Shown: one piece after another, positions 54,576 to 64,000 of the stretch
Numbering within the stretch: position 1 is the stretch's first letter
Layout of the letters: every line of letters starts with the position of its first letter
From: Hyaloraphidium curvatum SAG 235-1
Taxonomy: Eukaryota; Fungi; Monoblepharomycota
Direction of reading: 5' to 3'
Assembly: GCA_025558095.1 (NCBI GenBank)
Contig: JAIVFI010000009.1
Span: forward strand, 62,001-126,000
Length of the DNA stretch: 64,000 bases
Made by a program: the position numbers and the translations under genes
Notes under the pieces: generated by a model
What the model was told of the DNA's origin: nothing
The model's input: only the letters and a program-made list of their open reading frames with translations
Databases searched by the model: none

Positions 54576-55777
54576 TCAGAGCTTCGGTGCCCCTTCTCCA
54601 CCGATCGCTACCCACTTGCGGAGCCAGCTAGCGAACGGCTCCGCAAGCTTTGCCGCCGCGATGCTGGCATCGGCGTCGCCCCATCCCGAAAACATCCGCG
54701 TCCTGCTCTCCTTGGCAAAAAAGGCAGCCTCGCCACCGAATATAGACTGCCGCAGGGAAAAACCACCGTCCACCCTGATTTCGGCCCCGTTTGTGTAGGC
54801 GGCCGCCGGCGAGAGGAGATATACGACAGCCGCAGAGACCTCGGAGTCGCTGCCAAAGCGGCCGGAGGGGATGGTGGGAAGCACCTTTGTAGAACGGGAA
54901 TCTAGCATCTCGATGCGCATTGGGTGACCGGTGATCCGTGACTTACGCCGCCGTATGCGTCGACGATCTCCTTGGGGTAGTGCCCGCTCATGGGACCTCC
55001 CGCGAGGATTGGCCCGGGGGTGACGCAGTTGATCCTTACACCGCTCAGCGTGGACCATTCCAGCACCAACGTCTTGGTCAGGTTCCACACCGCGGCGCGC
55101 GCAGCCCCCGTGTGCGCCATGCTTATGAAGCCAGTCTCGTGGTTGGCTAAAATGTTGACTATGGACCCCGCGTGCTGCTTCATGTAGCCCAGGTAGGCCG
55201 CTCGAGTCATGTTAAAGGTCCCCACGACGTTGAGCTCCAGAACCGTTATGAGCCCCCTTGCCGTGATCTTCTCCGCGGGCGCCATGAACTGCCCCCTAGA
55301 TCTCCGTGAGCCACGAATGACAGATTGTCGAGGGCGGCTTACCCCGCGTTGTTGACCAGGCCGTCCAGCCTGCCATGCTTCGCAACCACCGCCTCAACCG
55401 CGGCCGCGCACGATTTCTCGTCGCGGACGTTGAGCCCTGGTGCAATGTCGCACTTCCCGCCGTGCACTTCGATCTCCTTTTTCGTCCTTTCGAGAGGCTC
55501 GGCGCGTCGCGCCGCAATGACAACGGTCGCACCGAGAGAAGCAATCTCGTGCGCCACTGGGCGAGCACCGTCAGAATCTCTTTGTCGACAGAAGTCCCGA
55601 AGCGCGTTGAAACCCACTTGTGCGCCCGAGCCCGGTGCCGCCGCCTGCCAGTGGTGTGGAGCTTAGTTCCGGCGGCCATCCCCGCCGCGCCGCGGACGCC
55701 GTACCCGTCACGATGATCACCTGGCCCGCGAGCGCGTCGGGAGCAAAGACGGAGCGGTACTTTGGGAGCGCGGCCAT
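54576..55777 (-). CDS. PECR-like SDR, copy 2; same intron positions as copy 1
   Basis: [25 protein letters not shown]..., HTGAARAAV, ends in APKL. Confidence 0.88.
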
Positions 55778-56003
55778 GGCGTGATTCGCGGAGGACGAGG
55801 TCGTGGAATGGGCGACAATGGTGGTGTTCCGGGGAACATTCGCTGGGGCTGGTGCGGATCCTCTCCTCGAATCCTTAGCTTGTCGGGATGGGATAGGACG
55901 TCGAACAATTAAAGGTGTTCATTCCTCCAAACGACACAACTACGCGATATGCTTATCAAGCCGGCCAGCGGAGCTTGCCTCTTGCCTCCCCACCACATAG
56001 CAA

Positions 56004-57879
<1,876 letters not shown>

Positions 57880-58166
57880 GGCGTGCAGGCGAAGGTGGAG
57901 GGTGTTGCAGCAAGGTAGCGTCGCTTTGCGGTGCGGAACGGTGTCTGGAGGCAACGGGGTCGAAGTTGTGCGCGAACGAGCTTTAGATCCGAGGCAGCAG
58001 GTTGAGGCAAGTCGGAGGCGCGGGCTGAGGCACAGCGCACCACGGCCCGACGGCAGCAATACGGTTACCCGGTCCGTTGAGCCACGCGGGAGGCAAGCTG
58101 CTTCATCCGACATCTCTTATCTAGACACAGTATATGGATGCCTGTGGTATCGGCCCGCCCCCCTCA

Positions 58167-61100
58167 CTAGATTGTGATCTTTGCCGGCATGTACGCCCCC
58201 GGGTACAGCTTCCGGTCCGGCAGGATGTTGGGAAAGTCGTAGTTGGGAATCGATATCCGCCCCTCCTCGTCGTACGCCACGGTGTGCAGCTCGTGCGGTC
58301 CCGGCGCCAGGTCCGACACATCCAGCTCCATCGACCAGTAGTAGTACTGGATGCCCGGTGAGGGGAACGTCCACGTGCGCACCGTGCGGCGGTCCAGCTG
58401 AAGCTCGATCCGCACGACGCCCACGGCGCGGCCCATGACCTGGAATCCGATCGAGCTGTCCGCCTCGCCCTCGACGAGGAGCATCGTCGAGCCGACGGGG
58501 ATACCGCCGGGCGCCACCATCGCCGCGTACAGGCCGGGCGTCTCCCAGAGCAGGTTGCCGGCGATGCGCGTCAGCTTGGCCATGGGGCCCGAGGCCACGT
58601 TGCGTCCCGGATGGAAGGTCGGCGCCGGCAGGTCGCCGAACCACGGCCGCGGCGGCGTGTAGGCGCCCGCGTAGCCCGCGGGGAAGTCCACCTCCACGTG
58701 CACGTCCCCGACCCACATGTTGGCCGGTAGCGAGATGATGATCCTGTTGCTCGCCCGCAGCGCGGCGGCGGGCAGCTGCAGGATGACCCCCTGCGGGTCC
58801 CCGCTCGCCACCGGTCCGATGGTCCGGTTGACCGGCGTCCAGCCGGGCACCATGGCCGTGCACACCGTCGGCTGCCCCCATACGGTGTATGCCCGGTCGT
58901 TGAAGCAGACGACCGCGGTGCCGTCCCAGAAGCGCTCGTTCGAGTTGCGGTCGCCCTGCCGCGAGAACTTGAGCCGCGCGGCCGTGGCCTGCGACAGATC
59001 GTCCGGGATGGAGACGCTGTAGGTGAACTCGGAGACGTCCAGCGTGGGGCCGGCGAGGCGGTAGTTGGCGTCGTTGGTCCCGCGGTAGGAACGCACAACG
59101 CGCCGCGCAGGGGACACGGAGCTGAAGCCAAAGTTGTCCCTGTTTCACGGTCCAGGTCAGCCAGGCATCGGGACGAAGCCACGGCCCTTCACCCACCAGT
59201 GCACCGTCACGAGCGGCATCGAGTTGGCGTTGGTGACGTTGGCAAACTGCTGGAAGTGCACCGATCCCCTTTGGAACGGCAGGCCCAGATTGCTGACGGT
59301 CATGAGCCTCGTCCCCGACACGTCCAGCGTGAACGTGCTCCTCGACATGCGGATGAGGAACGGCCGCCGCAGGTTGGGAGTAAAGTCGATCCCGAAATCG
59401 CGCACGTTGACGTTGGCGGCCTCCCAGCCGCGGTTGCCGTCGTACACTTCGACGAGCATCTTGTTGCCCGCGGCGTGGAGCCGCAGCGCGCCCTCGGGGA
59501 GCGCCGGCATGGGGGCGACCGGCTGGTGCGCGGGGCCGGAGAAGGAGAAGCGGTCCTCGTCGGGGCCGGGGACAAAGTCGAGGAACCAGTAGTTGGACTC
59601 CGAGGGGCCGTCTGCGAGAGAGGATGTCGGTCAGCGAGGTGTCTTCCGAGGGCGACGAAGGACCAACCAAAGTCGAAGGCGATCGTGCCGGTGGTGTCGG
59701 TAAAGTCAAACACCCCGATGGGCCTGGACGTCACCATGGCGGGGCTGTGAGATGCAGATGATTAGCATGTAGGCTTCCCTCGAAGCCAAAAGACCCACTA
59801 GATGTCGCTCAGGTTCGCGCTGGGACACCTTCCCGAGGTCTTGACCGCGTTGTGCCCGTGGAATTGCCTGTGTCCGCACGGATCAGCACCGTCCGATCAC
59901 CGCAGCCGAGACGGACCACCCACCCGTTGACAAAGTTGGCCGACGCCGCCGGGTCCGTGCACAGCGAGTAGCTCGTGACCCACTTGGCGGGATCGAACTG
60001 CCCCGCGCCGATGTTCATGTCGTCGAAGAACCCGCTGCACGCCTGCCGCAGCGCGTCGACCCTGGAGGCGTTGCTCCGGAACCGCACCTCGGCGCTCGGC
60101 GGGCCGAGACGGCCGGCCGAGGTGCCGGCGTCGATGGCCTGCACCACGGCGCCGTAGAGGACGCCGGGGACGAGGGGCTGCAGCTGCGTCGCGCGGAAGG
60201 CGGTGGGGATCTTGAGCGCGGCCGAGGTGTTCGAGATCGGGTACTGCCGGCGGCGGAATCAGCACGAGCGCAGGCAATCCGCAACGCTAGCAAACGCACC
60301 CAGGTCACCAGGTATCCCGACAGCTTCCTCGCCCAGAACCTCGTCCCGTACTCGGTGAAGTGCCCCAGCGAGTCCCACGACAGCGTGGCCACCCTGTCGT
60401 CCTCGACCACCTGCACGTTGCCCACCGCCGGCAGCGCCGGATCCGAGCGCGGCGGGAACACCGGCAGCCCCGCGACCGCCTTGGGCTGTCCCAGCTCCGC
60501 GACCATGCCCAGGGTGACGTTCTTGCCCCTCCACGTCCCGTACGGAAGCCCGTAGGCCCCGACGCCGTCGTAGTCCGCGAACCACGGGTTCCCCGCCGAA
60601 TCGTACGCCCTGACCTCGATCCCGAGCCGCCTGTCCCCGCCCTGGCTCCAATCCGCCAGCGGCACCAGGTCCACGTCCGCCCACCCGTACACGTAGCCCA
60701 TCCCCGGGCGCGGGTACGTGTACCTCTGCGCCACCTGCCCCGCGACGAGCAGCTCCACGCGCGCCACCCCGCGCTGGGCAAACTCGGCCCCGCGGATGCG
60801 CCCCGCGAGCGCGGTACCGGCCTCCCACTCGACCTGCAGCACGGTCGAGTTGACGCGCAGCCCCGTGCGGAAGAAGAGGGGGTGGTTGCCCCACACCTCG
60901 ACGCCCTGCACCCGCGCCAACCCGGCGGCGGGTCCCGTGCCGAGCCAGGCGGCGGTGGGCTCGGGGTTCGACGCCGTGAGGAAGGGCGCGAGCCAGTGCG
61001 CCGCCGGCGCGTAGGCGGGTACGCTTGCCGCCGGGTAGGTGAGCTCCACGTGCAGGTCGCCGACCAGCACGGGCCCGAGGAGGTCAAACAGGAACACGTT

Positions 61101-63416
61101 GGTCCCCCTGGCGACCCACGCCGGATCCAGGCGCACGATCCAGGTGCCCGGCCACGCGCCGGGGGCGCCGAACTGCGCCGCGACTTGCCCGGCGGTCTGC
61201 TCCGCGGCACCCGCCGCGGCGGCGGATGAGCACGGGATCGACCGCACCCCGACGAACCCGTACACGTTCATCGCCACCCCGTTCGCGCGCCCGGGGGCGA
61301 GCACGCACAGCGCGTTGCGCCACTCCCACATCGGCGGCTTCCCCCCGAAGTTGGCGTACGAGAAGTGCAGCAGGATGGAGGCGGCGCCGGTCGGCTCGGC
61401 GTTGATGTCCACGGCGAAGGCGAGCTGCTGCCCCGGCACCACGCGGCGGTAGGTCGCCTGCGTCGAGTACGGATAATCGAGCACGTTGCCCTGCACGGGA
61501 GCGGGGGCGGGCGCCGAGCGGGACCACCACAGGTTGTCCACCGATACCCTGTGCAAGGGAACCGCGGTCGGGCCGTCGGTGTCGTTGCCGGCCAGCTGCA
61601 GGAGGACCTGCGCGCGGTCCCAGTCCATCCCCGGCACGGCGGCGCGGAGCACCTCGGTGCCCGCGAGCGAGAGGGCAATGGAGCCTTTTGACACCCGGAG
61701 GACGAACGCGCGGCGCATGCCGGGAACCCCGAGCCCGAGGTCCAGGGAGTCGAGGTCGGAGCGCTCCGCGAGGGAGGTCCATTTCCTGCGGAGGGAGAGG
61801 AGGTTGCCCGCGACCTGGTGCACGGCGAGGAAGTCGGACTTGTCGGCCGAGAAGGAATCGTACTCGCGGGCCGCGGTGGGGAGGTTCGTGCCGAAGCCGG
61901 GGTCGGCGCGGTCCGCCGAGGGGTTGGGCACAAGCATCACCGTGAAGCTGGACGACCAGTCCGGCACGCCGTCGGTTTCCCAGCCCACGAGCGCCTCGGC
62001 CCCGCCGGAAAAGTCGAGCGTGCCGAGCGGCTTGACGCTGACGGCGGCCGGGGAGCCCGGCGGGCACAGCGGCGAGTCGAGGTTGCGCGAGGTCATCAGC
62101 AGGTGCGAGGCCGGCACGTAGGCGGATGTCGATGCGGGGTCGGCGCACGGCGAGTGCAGCACGAGGAAGCTGCGCGGATCGGGCGGCGACAGCGGCGCGT
62201 TGAAGTCCAGGAAGCGCGCCGCCGACGCGCGCAGGGCGGCCACGCGGGCCTCGCCCGCCGACAGCGACACGCCGATGCGCATGCCCGCGCCGAGGGGGCC
62301 GACGCCCGACGCCGACACGGTGCGCACGGTGCATCCCCAGGTTTTGGAGGCGGCGGCCTCCTGCGGCGTCAGCTCGACCTGGATCGCCCGGTACGGCGTC
62401 ACGAAGGCCTTGCTGATGCGGCCGTCGGGCACCGGGTCCGATGCCGAGGCGGCCGAGAAGCAGTCCACGGCGAAGCCGGTCACGCGCGAGTCCGAGTCCC
62501 AGAAGCGCGAGCCGTATGCGCGCACGCCGCGCCCGTTGGCAAAGGTGCCCCAGCCGATCGAGAAGGCGGTCTCGGAGACGAGCAGCACCGAAAGCGGGCC
62601 CGGGGGTATCGGCAGCGTCGGGTCCTGCGCGTCCTTGGTGGCGATCGCGGCCGCCGGGGGAGGGGGCGTCGGCTGCGGGTTGATGGTCGACTTTGGCGCT
62701 GATGGCGATGGCGGAGGTGGAGGCGGGGGAGCGGGCGGCGGCGGGGGTGGCGGGCTGGGCGGCCGCGTCGTCGTCTTTGCGGGAGGCGGGGGCGGCGGGG
62801 GGGCGGGCGCCTTTGTCGTCCGCACGACGGCCGGCGGCGTGGTGACCTTTGGCGCGGCCGTCGTCGGCCTCGGCGCCACGGCGTCCCCGGCGCCCCGCTT
62901 CGTCGTCAGCCGCCGCCTGCTCGTCGTCAGCCGCCGCCTGCTCGTCGTCTTGCGCCTCCGCGACGTGGTCTTCCTGACCGCCTTCCTCGTCGTCTTCCTC
63001 GCCGCCCTCTTTGTCGTCTTCCTCGCGACCAGCTGCCTCCGCGCCATCCGCCGCCGCTCCGCCTCCAGCGCGCCCACCGCCGCGCCGCCCTTTGCCCGGC
63101 CCTCCTCCGCCCTCAGTCTGCGCTCCTCCATCTCGCGCCCGCGCCGCGCCCGCTCCTCGGCCAGCAGCGCCGAGCCCTCCTCGACCGTCCGCGCCCGCTC
63201 GTACGCCAGCTCGTCCCAGAACCCCGGCACCTCGCGGTCCGCGTTCCCCTTGCCGTGCGCGAACGCCGGCGCCCTGCTCCCGCCGTGGTTGTGCAGCGCC
63301 GCCGACGCGTCCGACCGCCGTTTGTGGAGGAGAAAAGGCGTGCCCGCCGCGAGCGGCAGGAGCAGCAGCAGCGCCGCCGCCGCCCACGCCGCGGCACGGA
63401 TCTCGCTCGGGCGCAT
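58167..63416 (-). CDS. Large secreted protein: polybasic Thr tract, Pro-rich linker and two tandem copies of an FN3-like/ConA-like/Ig-like module; about 5 introns in the second half
   Basis: Signal peptide AAAWAAAALLLLLPLAAG. Motifs occur twice: YGSRFW/YGTRFW, RVAALR/RVDALR, CADPASTS/CTDPAASA, VGDLHVE/VGDVHVE, RVELLV/RIELQL, RAYD/VAYD. Confidence 0.78.
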
Positions 63417-64000
63417 CTCAGGAGCGTGCGGGAAGACGGCGGGACCGCCCGGGGGGGCGCACGGGCCGGGGAGCCATTCTGGGATGTTGGCACCGCCAGA
63501 GGGTCTTTTGCAACGGCAAGGTGAGGTCGGCGGCTGGTGCTGATGACGGCAACCCCCAATCCCCCCCGACCTTCCGACCGCCCGGATTGGCTCCGGAGAG
63601 CCGCCCAAACTCGTCCGGAGGGATCAACCGGACCATTCGTGGGGCAGCGTGACCGGGGAGGTGCGGATCCCGGATGACTCGCCGTCCCTCTGCGGCGTCC
63701 CCCCAGGCAGGGCCGGGGACCACAGCCCTGCGCTTCCCCTGGCGAAAACGGGACCGTCGGAACGGCGGGTGCCACGGGCATAATCTCCGGAAATCGCTGG
63801 TGCGGGAAAAGTAGGCCGGACCGGTGGGGATGGGGACGGTGAAGCTCGTCCGCAAGCTGCACCCACGAGCCGCGCCCGGAATGGGACCGTGGTGGCGCGC
63901 ATCGCGCGTCCGGCAGGTCCGGCGCCGGCACGATCAGGATAAAACGGTCCGGTGGGGAAGTGCAGAGGGGCGATTCGGCTGGACTCTGGGAAGCGGACCG

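Larger units (their letters stand above)
52918..55800. repeat. Right arm of the inverted duplication (left arm 39500-42320)
   Basis: Reverse complement of the left arm. Confidence 0.93.

Noticed and set aside
39500-55800. Composite transposon or Starship-like element bounded by the inverted arms
   Set aside because: No transposase or tyrosine recombinase and no target-site duplication seen; the arms consist of ordinary genes.

Overview
Gene-dense, very GC-rich eukaryotic DNA. Short (about 45-70 nt) GT-AG introns with GCTGAC/CTGAC-type branch points, a LysM-chitin deacetylase, a eukaryote-type UDP-galactopyranose mutase and a chytrid-style Cys-rich domain point to an early-diverging fungus, possibly a monoblepharid such as Hyaloraphidium (inference). 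I can support about 27 protein-coding genes plus several relics. I found no rRNA, tRNA, CRISPR array or transposase. Main points of interest: (1) three divergent paralogues of an unnamed 7-TM family with an insect gustatory-receptor/DUF3537-like (7TM ion channel) layout and their own conserved Cys motifs; (2) a signal-anchored DUF707-like glycosyltransferase fused to a myo-inositol-oxygenase-like di-iron HD domain, head-to-head with UDP-galactopyranose mutase; (3) a spliced 58-aa Cys/His microprotein missed by the ORF track and present in five intact or decayed copies; (4) two inverted duplications flanking blocks of cell-surface/glycan genes; (5) several secreted proteins with bacterial-like domains (SdrD-B, Big_7-like) that share a polybasic (R/K)-TT tract. 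All family assignments come from motif recognition by eye, not database searches.
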